In this document: piece by piece, positions 34,668 to 44,756 of the stretch
Position numbering within the stretch: position 1 is the first letter of the stretch
Layout: each line of letters opens with the position of its first letter
Source of the DNA: Candidatus Krumholzibacteriota bacterium
GTDB lineage: Bacteria > Krumholzibacteriota > Krumholzibacteriia > JAJRXK01
NCBI GenBank assembly: GCA_963764625.1
Contig: CAVXTH010000006.1
Location: 704,001-768,000 of the forward strand
Length of the DNA stretch: 64,000 nucleotides
Direction: 5' to 3'
Program-made: the position numbers and the translations under genes
The notes under the pieces: model-generated
The model's input: the letters and a program-made list of their open reading frames with translations, nothing else
The model's database searches: none
Told to the model about the DNA's origin: nothing

Positions 34668-35963
34668 ATGTCATTATCGGAAAAACTGAAGGACGGTACA
34701 GCGAGGCTTGCCGTCATCGGGCTGGGTTACGTGGGTCTTCCGCTGGCGGTGGAGTACGCGCGCAGCGGGTTCAGAGTGACCGGCATCGATCTCGACCCCG
34801 AGAAAGTGGAAAAGCTCACGCGTGGTGAGAGCTACGTCGGAGACGTCGACGCGGCGACTCTCGCGGCGCTGGTGGAGAAGGGGCAGTTCACCGCGACCAC
34901 CGATTTTGGCGCTCTGCAGTCGTGCGACAGCGTCAACATCTGCGTGCCGACCCCGCTCTCCAAGACCCGAGATCCCGACATCAGCTACATCGACGCGGCG
35001 GTGGACCAGATCGTCGCGCACCTCCATCCGGGAATGCTGATCATCCTGGAGAGCACCACCTACCCGGGCACCACCGAGGAAGTGATTCTGCCTCGTCTGG
35101 AGGGCACGGGGTTGAAAGTGGGAGAGGACTTCTTTCTGGCCTTCTCGCCCGAGCGGGTCGATCCCGGTAATCCGCGGTTCAGTACGAAGAACATCCCGAA
35201 GATCGTGGGTGGAATCACGCCGCGATGCACCGAGACCGCGGTGGCTCTGTACCGCGCGGCTCTGAGCGAAGTGGTGCCGGTATCCAGCGCGCGCGTGGCG
35301 GAGACGGTGAAGCTTCTGGAGAACACTTTCCGTAGCGTGAATATCGGTCTGGTGAACGAGATGGCGCAGATGTGCGGCAAGATGGACATCAACGTATGGG
35401 AAGTAATCGATGCCGCGGCGACGAAACCTTTCGGGTTCATGCCGTTCTATCCCGGGCCCGGTCTCGGGGGCCACTGCATTCCCATCGATCCCTTCTACCT
35501 CAGCTGGAAGGCGCGCGCGCATGGCTTCGAAGCTCGTTTCATCGAGCTCGCCGGGGCCATCAATGCGAGTATGCCCACCTTCGTCCTGCACTTGGTAGCC
35601 AAGGCCCTCAACGATGCGGGACGAGCGGTTCGCGGCAGCAAGATCCTGGTCGTCGGGGTCGCGTACAAGGCGGGAATCGAGGACACGCGGGAATCACCGG
35701 CGCTGGACGTGCTGCAGCAAATCAACGACATGGGAGCCGAGACCTGGTGGCACGACCCCCACGTTCGAAAACTGCCGTCACTCCTTGCGGCGAAGCGATT
35801 GGATGAGTTGGACCCTCGCCAACTGAGCGAGTTCGATTGTGCAGTCATCACCACCGCGCACTCCGAGGTCGACCACACGCTCTTCGTGAGGCACTGCAAG
35901 AGCGTGGTCGACACGCGCAACGCCCTGCGCGGCGAGAATTTCGAAAACCTCTATCGACTCTAG
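34668..35963 (+). CDS. Nucleotide sugar dehydrogenase (UDP-GlcNAc 6-dehydrogenase-like)
   Basis: GLGYVGLP, ICVPTP, LESTTYPGTT, FSPERVDPG, GLGGHCIP. Confidence 0.95.
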   Translation: MSLSEKLKDGTARLAVIGLGYVGLPLAVEYARSGFRVTGIDLDPEKVEKLTRGESYVGDVDAATLAALVEKGQFTATTDFGALQSCDSVNICVPTPLSKTRDPDISYIDAAVDQIVAHLHPGMLIILESTTYPGTTEEVILPRLEGTGLKVGEDFFLAFSPERVDPGNPRFSTKNIPKIVGGITPRCTETAVALYRAALSEVVPVSSARVAETVKLLENTFRSVNIGLVNEMAQMCGKMDINVWEVIDAAATKPFGFMPFYPGPGLGGHCIPIDPFYLSWKARAHGFEARFIELAGAINASMPTFVLHLVAKALNDAGRAVRGSKILVVGVAYKAGIEDTRESPALDVLQQINDMGAETWWHDPHVRKLPSLLAAKRLDELDPRQLSEFDCAVITTAHSEVDHTLFVRHCKSVVDTRNALRGENFENLYRL

Positions 35964-35980
35964 AACGGCGGGAGTATTTC

Positions 35981-36928
35981 ATGGCGAGAGTTCTGATTAC
36001 AGGTGGCGCGGGCTTCATCGGTTCGCACATCGCGGCCGCGCTGGTGGCGGCCGGAGACGAGGTGCGAATCTTGGACGATTTCTCGACCGGCTTCCAACGA
36101 AATGTCGACGCGGCCGGCGGGGTCCGGGTCTTCCGGGCCAGCGTGGTCAATCTCGATCGCGTGAGGGAGGCGGTCAAGGGCTGCGACTACGTCTTCCACG
36201 AAGCCGCCCTGGCTTCGGTTCCGCGCAGCGTGAAAGATCCGCTGGCGAGCAATACGGTCAACGTGGAGGGAACCCTGAACGTTCTGGTCGCCAGCCGGGA
36301 CGCCGGAGTGAAGCGGGTGATCTACGCCGCGTCCTCCTCGGCTTACGGCGACAGCGAAGTCTTGCCCAAGGTGGAGACGATGCGTGAGAGACCCAAGTCA
36401 CCCTACGCGGTGGCGAAGTTGGCGGGGGAGCAGTACGTCTCGGTCTTCGCCAGTGTCTACGGAATGGAGACCCTGGCCATTCGCTACTTCAACGTGTTTG
36501 GCCCGCGCCAGGATCCCGACAGCCCCTACGCCGCCGTCATTCCCCTCTTCCTCGACGCGCTCCTCAAGGGACAGCCGCCGACGATTCATGGAGACGGGGA
36601 GCAGTCGCGCGACTTTACCTACGTCGAGAACGTGGTCCACGCGAACCTCCTGGCCCTGAAAGCCCCCAAGCTCTCCGGCGCGGTGGTCAACGTGGCCCTG
36701 GGGGACCGCATCACCCTCAACGAGCTCTACCGGCGCCTGGCCGAGCTGGTCGACAGCGAGATCGAGCCCATTCACGGCCCGGTCCGGGCCGGAGACGTCC
36801 GGCACAGCCAGGCGGATATCTCGCGGGCCGAGAAGCTGCTGGGATACCGGGCCCAGGTCCCCTTCGCCGAGGGGCTACGGCGTACCGTGGAGTGGTATCG
36901 TTCCTCGCAGGGGAAAATGGACCGCTAG
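35981..36928 (+). CDS. NAD-dependent epimerase/dehydratase (WbpP-like SDR)
   Basis: TGGAGFIGSH, SVPRS, SPYAVAK, RYFNVFGPRQDP, QSRDFTYV. Confidence 0.95.
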   Translation: MARVLITGGAGFIGSHIAAALVAAGDEVRILDDFSTGFQRNVDAAGGVRVFRASVVNLDRVREAVKGCDYVFHEAALASVPRSVKDPLASNTVNVEGTLNVLVASRDAGVKRVIYAASSSAYGDSEVLPKVETMRERPKSPYAVAKLAGEQYVSVFASVYGMETLAIRYFNVFGPRQDPDSPYAAVIPLFLDALLKGQPPTIHGDGEQSRDFTYVENVVHANLLALKAPKLSGAVVNVALGDRITLNELYRRLAELVDSEIEPIHGPVRAGDVRHSQADISRAEKLLGYRAQVPFAEGLRRTVEWYRSSQGKMDR

Positions 36929-36953
36929 CAAGGGCTTGGAGATTCTGAGTAAG

Positions 36954-36983
36954 TTGACAAGCCCCCTCCGGTGCTTCTAAACT
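36954..36983 (+). promoter_or_regulatory. sigma70-type promoter of PEP-CTERM gene
   Basis: TTGACA-18nt-TAAACT. Confidence 0.6.
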
Positions 36984-37068
36984 ATAGGGGAGTTATCAGG
37001 CGCCCACGAATCTCGTGGCGACGCTTGGATTTCGTGTTTTCACCCGCCCTGCGATCGAGGTCCCCATC

Positions 37069-37623
37069 ATGACGCGCTCATTCTCCCTTTACGCAGCGCT
37101 CGCGGCCCTGCTCCTCCTGGTTGTACCTGCCGCGCAGGCCAACCTCGTGGTGGACCCCTCGGCCGCCGCCCTGGGATCGTCCACCATCTGGATCGCCGTG
37201 CCCGAGACGGCGGACCCCGCGGAAACCCCCGAGCTCACGCTCAAGCTGCAGACGCCCGAAGGAACCAGCAGTTCCGACCTTTACCTCGTCGAACCCAATC
37301 GCCGCCTCCCCCTCGTCTTCCCCAGCGAAGACCCGGATGCCGATTCCGGAGTGATCTCCAGTGAGACGCCCTTCACCACGACCCTGGGAGTCACCCGCAT
37401 CGGAGATGACGGTCTTCAGCTCGGCGAACCGACCGGTTGGGTCGCCCTGGACCGCAATCGCGGCGGGGATCCCATCGTGTCGGTGCCCATGGATGGGCGC
37501 CAGCCCCGGACCGCGGCAACCCCTGCTCCCGAGCCGGCCACCGTCATGCTTCTTGCATGTGGCCTGGTCATCGTGGGAGCGATGTTTCATGCCCGCCGCC
37601 GCGGGGCAGAGGTCCAGATCTAG
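37069..37623 (+). CDS. PEP-CTERM sorting-domain protein
   Basis: Signal peptide (VPAAQA), Pro/Thr/Ser-rich body, C-terminal APEPATVMLLACGLVIVGAMFHARRR. Confidence 0.88.
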   Translation: MTRSFSLYAALAALLLLVVPAAQANLVVDPSAAALGSSTIWIAVPETADPAETPELTLKLQTPEGTSSSDLYLVEPNRRLPLVFPSEDPDADSGVISSETPFTTTLGVTRIGDDGLQLGEPTGWVALDRNRGGDPIVSVPMDGRQPRTAATPAPEPATVMLLACGLVIVGAMFHARRRGAEVQI

Positions 37624-37675
37624 GGGAGCCTCACTAGGGCATTGTCATCGCCTCCATAAGCGTATATGGATTGCA

Positions 37676-37704
37676 GCGGGATCTTCTTCGAGAGAGGATC
37701 CCGC
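37676..37704 (+). terminator. Hairpin after PEP-CTERM gene
   Basis: GCGGGATCTTCT/AGAGGATCCCGC stem. Confidence 0.5.
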
Positions 37705-37770
37705 ATTCGTGGGTATCTCTTTCTGAGCTGCCCAATTCTGTCATTCCATCCAGCGCAGGTACCCTGGACC

Positions 37771-38748
37771 ATGAGATTGCCCAAGTCCTGTCGATCCCTG
37801 AGCCTCTTTCTCCTGCTCGCTCTTTCCCTGGCCTTCTGTGCCCATAGCGCCAGGGCCCAGTCTAACCGCACGGTCGCCGGCCGCCCCTACCGGCTCGGAG
37901 TGGGGGACGTACTCCAGCTCTCGGTGTGGCAACAACCCACTCTCGATCGGGAACTTCGCATCCGCGACGATGGTACGGTTGTCGTACCCCTGGTCGGGGA
38001 GGTCAAGGCAGCCGGAGAGACGGTTCCAGAGTTGGAGGAACTGCTGACCAAGCGCCTGCGCTCGTTCAATCGCGACATCACCGAAGTTTCCGTCACGGTC
38101 AGCAAGTACCAGAGCCTTCAGATCTTCGTCATGGGAGCGGTCGCCAATCCGGGCGTGCATTCCTTCAAGGAAACTCCCAACGCGTGGGATGCCATTCGCA
38201 CCGCGGGGGGGCCGACGGCTACGGCGAACCTGCGTCGCGTGCGCGTGCTCCACAACGACGAGAAATCGACGGTGACGACGCTGGTCAACGTCGCTGAGGT
38301 GATCCAAGGCGAGGGCACGGGTGACCTTCCCGATCTGTCACCGGGAGACACGGTGATCGTGCCCGGCGACGCGATGCTCAATGCCTCCGACCGTGAGACG
38401 GGGGTGCAAGTTCTGGGGCAAGTGGTCAGCGCAGGTTTCTACAGCGTCGATGGCCCTACCCCAGTGCTGACGGTAATTCTGCTGGCTGGGGGCTTCAACG
38501 GAGACGGCGACCCCAGACAGGTGCGAGTGGTGCACGATTCAGGTCATGGCTCCCTCGAGGGACGCGCCGTGGATACCACCCTTTTTCTGCAGAACGGGCA
38601 GATCAGTGGGAACCCCCTAGTGTATGCGGGCGACACGGTTTACGTAGAGAAGAAGCCATTCTCCGGTGGTGTTCTTCGAGTGCTTCCCGGGATCATAGCC
38701 TCGGTTACCGGCGTGGTCGCCCTTCTCATCAGCGTCTCCAAGCATTGA
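37771..38748 (+). CDS. Polysaccharide export protein (Wza/SLBB)
   Basis: YRLGVGDVLQLSVW, DGTVVVPLVGEVKAAG, two SLBB repeats (GAVANPG; GQVVSAG). Confidence 0.9.
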   Translation: MRLPKSCRSLSLFLLLALSLAFCAHSARAQSNRTVAGRPYRLGVGDVLQLSVWQQPTLDRELRIRDDGTVVVPLVGEVKAAGETVPELEELLTKRLRSFNRDITEVSVTVSKYQSLQIFVMGAVANPGVHSFKETPNAWDAIRTAGGPTATANLRRVRVLHNDEKSTVTTLVNVAEVIQGEGTGDLPDLSPGDTVIVPGDAMLNASDRETGVQVLGQVVSAGFYSVDGPTPVLTVILLAGGFNGDGDPRQVRVVHDSGHGSLEGRAVDTTLFLQNGQISGNPLVYAGDTVYVEKKPFSGGVLRVLPGIIASVTGVVALLISVSKH

Positions 38749-38767
38749 GTTCGCCAGCACGTGGAGC

Positions 38768-40498
38768 ATGAGCATGGGTTCTAGCCCCAGGACATCGCAT
38801 CATCGGCAGGGGACATCCAACTCGCCGAAGGCTGGGAGCGAGGGCTTCGATCCCCATCGTCTGTGGCAGATCGTCCGTCGTCGTCGCTTTTACCTGATCC
38901 TGCCGGTCCTGGTGATCGGAAGCGTCCTGGGGGCGGGCGTCACCACCATCTCGCCTCTGTACCAGTCGAGCGTGCGAATCCTCCTGGAAGACCGGAGCAC
39001 CGGCACCGACGTCGACAAGCTCATGACGAGGGAAGCCAGGCGTGTCCGGGATCTCGAGAACCTGGTGATGGTGCGCGAGACCCTCATGTCCCAGCAGCTT
39101 CTCACCCGGGTGATTCGGAATCTCCAACTGCGCAACGACAAGGAGATCCAGGAGCAAGCACGCATTCTTCAGGAGACCAAACTTCCCGACCAGACCTTGA
39201 GCTTGATTGCGGAGAGGCTCCTCGTCAATCGCCTGCGCCACAAGCTCTTCGTCAGCAATCAGGAGGGGAATCTCTTCTTGATCAGCATGGAGGACAACGA
39301 CCCCTACACCGCGTACAAGCTTACCGAAGCGGTGACGGAGGCCTTCGTCGAAGAGATGAATCGCCGCCGGGTCGAAGGTCTGATCGAGACGACAAGCTTC
39401 ACCGATCAACAGTTGGAGAGCGCCCGGCAGACTCTCAAGGACGCCGAAACCGAACTCGAGAAGTTCAAGCGCACGCGGGTCATCCAGGATACCCTGAGCA
39501 ACAACCCGGTCACCGAAAAGAACAGTCGCAAGGCCGAGGGGATCCTCCAGGACGTGAAACTCGATCTCACCGAGAACGAGCGCGAGATCACTCGCATCGA
39601 CAACGAGCTCTACTCCCTCGTCGCTTCGCCTCCTCGCGATCCTCGCTACAAGGACGACCCGCAGGTCCAGGGAATAAGGGACCGCCTCGAGGCTCTAGAG
39701 AAACAGGACTACGTCGCGCAACTCGGCAGTTCGCCGGTCCCGGCTTCGGGGATCACGCCGGAACAGCAGCGCATCGGAGTGCAGCGGAATCGTCTGAACA
39801 CGCGATTGCTGGAGATCATGAGCGACAGCTATCCGGAGCTACCCAAGCATGCCCTGGAGATTTTAGCCCGCAAGGCTGAACTCACGATCGTCGACGAAGT
39901 GTTGCGGCGGCACCACGACCGGATCCAGACCGAGTACGACGGGTTCCAGCAGCGCATCAAGGGAAAGCCCGCGCTCGAAGCCGAGCTGCGTCGTCTCGAA
40001 CAAAAGGTCTCCAACGAGGAGTCCATCTACAACCACCTGATCGACGCCGAGAACTCGAATGAACTGAGGCTCGCGGCCAACGAGAGCGGGTTCGGGATCT
40101 CGGTTCGCGTGCTGGAGCCGGCGTTCAAGGCGATCGCGCCTTTCAAGCCGGACAAGAAGAAGATCGCCCTCATGGGCGTAGTCCTGGCGCTCGGCATCGG
40201 CATGGGCGCGATCTTCCTGGCCGAATACGTCGATTCCAGTTTCAAGGACGTGGACGAGGTCGAACACATCCTGGGTCTGCGCGTGGTGGGAACTCTTCCG
40301 CGCTTCGCGGATACCTATGAGTGGAGTCTCAAGAGGAAGCGGACGGTGTTCGTCTGGAGAACCGCGTTCATCGTCACTCTGGTGACCGCGATGCTTCTCT
40401 TCGTACTCTACTATCGGCAGGCCATGATTCACGACCGCATCCAGCCGCTCAGTCCCTTGACCGAGAGCGCCGCCCCCGCGCGAGAGGACTCGCCGTGA
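38768..40498 (+). CDS. Polysaccharide chain-length determinant (Wzz/GumC, Wzc transmembrane part)
   Basis: N-terminal TM, long coiled coil, VLEPA..P..PDK, GIGMGAIFLAEYVDSSFKDVDEVEHILGLRVVGTLP. Confidence 0.88.
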   Translation: MSMGSSPRTSHHRQGTSNSPKAGSEGFDPHRLWQIVRRRRFYLILPVLVIGSVLGAGVTTISPLYQSSVRILLEDRSTGTDVDKLMTREARRVRDLENLVMVRETLMSQQLLTRVIRNLQLRNDKEIQEQARILQETKLPDQTLSLIAERLLVNRLRHKLFVSNQEGNLFLISMEDNDPYTAYKLTEAVTEAFVEEMNRRRVEGLIETTSFTDQQLESARQTLKDAETELEKFKRTRVIQDTLSNNPVTEKNSRKAEGILQDVKLDLTENEREITRIDNELYSLVASPPRDPRYKDDPQVQGIRDRLEALEKQDYVAQLGSSPVPASGITPEQQRIGVQRNRLNTRLLEIMSDSYPELPKHALEILARKAELTIVDEVLRRHHDRIQTEYDGFQQRIKGKPALEAELRRLEQKVSNEESIYNHLIDAENSNELRLAANESGFGISVRVLEPAFKAIAPFKPDKKKIALMGVVLALGIGMGAIFLAEYVDSSFKDVDEVEHILGLRVVGTLPRFADTYEWSLKRKRTVFVWRTAFIVTLVTAMLLFVLYYRQAMIHDRIQPLSPLTESAAPAREDSP

Positions 40499-41199
40499 AA
40501 GAGACCGAGATCCATCCCCAGTCGGCGCTGCTTTCGACTGACCCCAAGGACTTCGAAACCCCCCTGGCGGTGGAGATGCGGCGCCTGTACACCAAGCTGC
40601 GTCCGCCTCTGAAGGAACTCTCCGCACAAGTCCTCATGTTAACTTCAGCGGAGCGGGGAGAGGGCAAGAGCACGACCTCGGCCAATCTGGCCGTGACGGT
40701 GGCCCGACACCGGCGCACGAAGACGGTTCTCGTCGACGCCGACCTGCGGCGGCCCACCATTCACAAGCTCTTCGAGATGCCACGGGAGCCGGGGCTGAGC
40801 GACATCCTGGAGGGGAAGTGCACCATCGAGCAGGCCTTACGCCCGACCCCTCATTCGTTTCTTCAGGTGATTCCCAGTGGCTCCCGCGAGGAGCACCCGG
40901 GCGGACTTTTCGAAAGACAGCGCCTGAGCGATACCATCGAGCACTTGCGCAAACGATTTGAAATCGTCATCTTCGATGCGCCCCCCGTACTACCCGTCGC
41001 GGATACCACGATCCTGGCGGGAGAGATGGATGGAGTCTTGATGGTGATCATGGGCGGACTCACTCCACGCGAAGTGGTTCGACGGGCGCGAGAGATCCTC
41101 GAGGATTCGAATGCGCGCCTACTCGGGGTCGTACTCAACAACGCGTCGCGCGTTTTGCCCTACTACTACGAATACAGCTACTACGGCGAAGAAGAGTAG
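40495..41199 (+). CDS. CpsD/CapB family tyrosine kinase
   Basis: TSAERGEGKST, VDADLRRP, FDAPP, C-terminal Tyr cluster YYYEYSYY. Confidence 0.93.
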   Translation: MKETEIHPQSALLSTDPKDFETPLAVEMRRLYTKLRPPLKELSAQVLMLTSAERGEGKSTTSANLAVTVARHRRTKTVLVDADLRRPTIHKLFEMPREPGLSDILEGKCTIEQALRPTPHSFLQVIPSGSREEHPGGLFERQRLSDTIEHLRKRFEIVIFDAPPVLPVADTTILAGEMDGVLMVIMGGLTPREVVRRAREILEDSNARLLGVVLNNASRVLPYYYEYSYYGEEE

Positions 41200-42182
41200 T
41201 GGTCTGTCTCTTCTCTCAACTCTCTCCACCTCAAGTCACGCCGGGAAGCGAAGGTTACGATAAGACCGAGCAAAACCGCGAACCAGAGAGTCGCTCCCCG
41301 TATCAGCAGGGTCGCCGCGGTGGCCGAGGATGAAGCAATCCCCGCCTCCCGTAGCACGCCGAACAAGACGGCTTCTGTCCCCACCAGGCCGCCCGGCATG
41401 AAGGTGAGATTTCCTGCGATCGTACTGCCAGCGTAGATCCAGCTGGCCTGCATGAGGGGAATGGACGTCCCCAGCCCCACGAGAATTAGATAGAGCCCCA
41501 CGCATTCGGCGAACCACGCCCCCAAACTCATGAGGAGTGCGGGGATGAGTTTCGCGGTGGAAAAAAGGCGAGCGCCGTCGTGCAAGCTTTCGCTCAGTGC
41601 GGCGGCCCGATTGGAAGTCCACGGGAGTTTCTGCAGCAGATCCAGAAGCACCTGTTGCACGCGTGGACGACCTAGCAGGACCCCGCACAGGAGGGTCAGA
41701 AGGAGGAGGGCGAAGATGCGCGGTTGCAGATTCCGCTGCCCGTGGCCGATCCCGGCCAGGGCCAGAATCGTCAGCGCGAATGCGTCGGTGATCCGGTCGA
41801 CCAGAAGCACCGGAGTGGTGCTTCGAATCGAGTACCCGTGATTCCTCCGCAGAAAGACCAGTTTGTAGATCTCACCGAGTCGCGCGGGCGTCACGACCAT
41901 GGTGAGGCACGAAAAGTAGATCCGGGCGTTGGAAACGATGGGCACCCGGATGTTCAGGGCCTTCAAGAGGAAGTCCCATTTGAGAAAGCGTAAGCCGTAA
42001 TTCAAGAGGCTCAAGGCCAACACTGGCAGGATGAGAGATCGATCGAAGACCTGCCAGGCCTCGTGCAGGGGCTTTCTCGCCAGAAAGAAGGCGAGGAGCA
42101 CGACGAGGAGGGCGAGAGCCGCGAAATAGACGAAGAGATGCCGGCTCAGAAAGATTCGAATGCGTGAGTTGGCGTCGGACAT
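41181..42182 (-). CDS. Lysylphosphatidylglycerol synthase TM-domain (UPF0104) putative flippase
   Basis: NYGLRFLKW, TPARLGE, DRITD, PGGLVGTEA, RGATLWF; multi-TM. Confidence 0.85.
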   Translation of the reverse strand: MSDANSRIRIFLSRHLFVYFAALALLVVLLAFFLARKPLHEAWQVFDRSLILPVLALSLLNYGLRFLKWDFLLKALNIRVPIVSNARIYFSCLTMVVTPARLGEIYKLVFLRRNHGYSIRSTTPVLLVDRITDAFALTILALAGIGHGQRNLQPRIFALLLLTLLCGVLLGRPRVQQVLLDLLQKLPWTSNRAAALSESLHDGARLFSTAKLIPALLMSLGAWFAECVGLYLILVGLGTSIPLMQASWIYAGSTIAGNLTFMPGGLVGTEAVLFGVLREAGIASSSATAATLLIRGATLWFAVLLGLIVTFASRRDLRWRELREETDHYSSSP

Positions 42183-42254
42183 GGGGAATTTGGCTTGGAT
42201 CCTGCCCAGTCTGTGGATTGGGGACGGTCGAAAAGGGAGCGTAGAGTCTTGCAC

Positions 42255-43184
42255 ATGAAGCGTCAATCAAGACGAGTCCAATTCTTTCTCAGCGTCGCGG
42301 GATGCATCCTCCTCTTCCTTTCCGTGGCTCCTAGGCCCCTTTTGGCTCAAGAGTCCAGTGGAACGTTTCTGACGATTCCCGTCGACGTCGTGGGCGCCGG
42401 CATGGGTGGAGCAGATGTTGCACGAATCAGCCACGGCATTTCGCCTTTCGCGAACCCGGCCGGCTCGGCCGTGAATTTCAGTTCCGCCACCTTGACCCAC
42501 GAGCTCTGGCTCGCCGAACAGCGCGTCAACGCGCTGGCGATCCAGATGCCCTTGCAAAAAGGTCGCTCGGGGCTGGCCCTCACCGGGAGAATGGTGAGCC
42601 ACGCGACCGTCCCTCGCTTCGATGCCAATGGCAATCGCATGGGTTCGCTCGAGCCCCAGGACTTGAGCCTGGGCGCTACCTACGCCATGCGCTTCGGCAT
42701 GGTGACCCTCGGAGCCGGCGCACGGTACATCCAGGAGAACCTGGAAGTGGCCAAGGGAACCGGCTTCTCCTTCGATCTCGGAGCGCTGCTCGACGTGGGA
42801 CCGGCCCGGTTCGGGCTGGCTGGCACCAACCTCTTCGGCTACCTGAATTACGATGGGAGCAGCTATGACCCCCCGCGGAGAATCGCGGGAGGGGTCGCGG
42901 TCTCTCCGGGCTTCCATGAGCTCGAATTCGTGGCCCAGTACAACGATTGGCGCTACGGGGACCAGGACCTCGCGCTGGGGGCGCAGTGGTCGGCCCTGCG
43001 CGGCGTTTTGAACCTGCGCGCCGGATATGTCGCACTGACCCAATCCTCGCAGGAGGAGAGCTTCTCTCCCGTGCGGTTCGGGTTCACGATCGCCCATTCC
43101 GGACTCGCTCTGGATTATGCCTACGTTCCGCACAAGGAACTGGGGCAAGCGCATTTGCTTTCCCTCCGCTGGATGAAGCAGTAG
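42255..43184 (+). CDS. PorV/PorQ-family (UPF0164-like) outer membrane beta-barrel
   Basis: Signal peptide, FLTIP..GAGMGGA, NPAG, SFDLG, LRAGY, LDYAYVPHKELGQAHLLSL. Confidence 0.8.
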   Translation: MKRQSRRVQFFLSVAGCILLFLSVAPRPLLAQESSGTFLTIPVDVVGAGMGGADVARISHGISPFANPAGSAVNFSSATLTHELWLAEQRVNALAIQMPLQKGRSGLALTGRMVSHATVPRFDANGNRMGSLEPQDLSLGATYAMRFGMVTLGAGARYIQENLEVAKGTGFSFDLGALLDVGPARFGLAGTNLFGYLNYDGSSYDPPRRIAGGVAVSPGFHELEFVAQYNDWRYGDQDLALGAQWSALRGVLNLRAGYVALTQSSQEESFSPVRFGFTIAHSGLALDYAYVPHKELGQAHLLSLRWMKQ

Positions 43185-43296
43185 TCTCTCGACCCGGACC
43201 GTTCGCCTCGAGGGCGGCCGGGTCGATGAAATCTGGCTTCGATCGCTCCCCTTCGGGGGGCGCCATCAGGGGGGGCGTCGTGCCCGCAAGGACGCG

Positions 43297-44124
43297 ATGA
43301 AATCCATGCGGCTCCGCTTCACCGTGGTCTTCGCCGCGCTGGCCTTCGTCTTGGCCTATGCCCGGATCCTGCAGAGCTGGATCGCGGACCTGTACTCCGA
43401 TCCCAACTATGGCCATGGACTCGTCCTGGGTTGCCTTCTGCTTGCCCTGGGAGCGTGGCGTAGCCTGAAGCGCGATCCGGTGCAGCATCCGGGTGGGCGC
43501 AATTTCTGGTGGGTCTGGGGCCTTCTCGCGCTGGGAATGGCCGTGGGCGGCCTTCTGGTCGCCAATGACAGCCTCATGCGCTGGTCCCTGGTCCTGGCCG
43601 CTCTGGCCTGCGTGGAGGCGCTCGCCCCGGTTTCGATGGTGAGAGCGTGGCGAGGCCCCCTTCTGGCCCTGCTGCTCTTGGTGCCCTGGCCCTACGTGAT
43701 CTACTATCTCGCGACTGCGCATCTCCAGCGGATGTCCTCGGCCGCCGCCGCGTTCCTACTTCATGCGAGTGGCGTGCCCTTGGCCCGAGACGGGAATCTG
43801 CTCCACTTTTCCGGCTACGATCTCGAGGTGGTGGAGGCCTGCAGCGGGTTGCGTAGCCTCTTGGTCATGAGTGCTCTGGCCGCCTTTCTCGCCGCCGTCG
43901 CGCGCCTGTCCTCGCGCCGGACCATCTTCATGCTCTTGCTTTCCGTTCCCCTCGCATTGGGGGCGAATCTGTTCCGGCTCGTCCTCACCGGATACGGGGC
44001 CCAGTTGGGGGGACCCAAGACGGCGGAGAACATCTTCCATCTCGGCGGCGGACTCTTGAGTTTCGCGCTCGGCGTGATCGTCTTGGGGTTGGCTGCGTTC
44101 TATCCGCGCGGGAGAAAGGCATGA
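43297..44124 (+). CDS. Exosortase
   Basis: YGHG, catalytic Cys (VVEACSGLRSL), Arg (ANLFR), His (FHLGGG); about 8 TM helices. Confidence 0.93.
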   Translation: MKSMRLRFTVVFAALAFVLAYARILQSWIADLYSDPNYGHGLVLGCLLLALGAWRSLKRDPVQHPGGRNFWWVWGLLALGMAVGGLLVANDSLMRWSLVLAALACVEALAPVSMVRAWRGPLLALLLLVPWPYVIYYLATAHLQRMSSAAAAFLLHASGVPLARDGNLLHFSGYDLEVVEACSGLRSLLVMSALAAFLAAVARLSSRRTIFMLLLSVPLALGANLFRLVLTGYGAQLGGPKTAENIFHLGGGLLSFALGVIVLGLAAFYPRGRKA

Positions 44125-44756
44125 AGCGAGGGACTCGCGGTCTCCTCCTGGGTCTGGGATTTCTCGGCGTGGCCGGGCTCTCCCATCGGCTGCAGACTCC
44201 GGTCGCTGAGGCGGAGTGGTCGAAGGACTTCGCGACCAGTGTACTCCAGGAAGAAGGAGTCACTCAACTTCCAGTCTCCTTGCAGGCAAGGGAGGCGCTT
44301 GGCGTCGACCGCTACCGTTTCGTGGAGGTGGAGAACGAGGATTGGGCACCGGTGTGGATCTACGCCGGGTACTACGCGGGGCAGAGAACCAATGCGCAAG
44401 TTCACGCCCCCGAACACTGTTATCCGGGTGCGGGCTGGGGAATCGTTGCAAGTAGAGTGGTGCAAAGGAATCAAGAGTCGCTGCACGAGCTCTCGATCGA
44501 AAAGCGCGGTGAGAAGCGTCTCGTCTGGTATGCCTATCGCACGCGGCGCGGGCAAGCCACGAGCGCACTCGGACTCAAGCTGGATCAGATGTTCTCCGCT
44601 CTGCGGGGCGCCCCGCGCGACGCGCTTCTGCTACGTCTCAGCACCCCCGTTCTGGACGTGGAGGGAGAGAAGGTAGCGCAACGGAGACTGGCGGAATCCT
44701 GGGACACCTACGGCAGCGAGGTCATCGGCTGGTACGAGAGGAGGGGAGACCGGTGA
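44121..44756 (+). CDS. Exosortase-associated EpsI family protein
   Basis: LGVD, YAGYY..Q, VHAPEHCYPGAGW, LVWYAY, ALLLRLS. Confidence 0.88.
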   Translation: MKRGTRGLLLGLGFLGVAGLSHRLQTPVAEAEWSKDFATSVLQEEGVTQLPVSLQAREALGVDRYRFVEVENEDWAPVWIYAGYYAGQRTNAQVHAPEHCYPGAGWGIVASRVVQRNQESLHELSIEKRGEKRLVWYAYRTRRGQATSALGLKLDQMFSALRGAPRDALLLRLSTPVLDVEGEKVAQRRLAESWDTYGSEVIGWYERRGDR

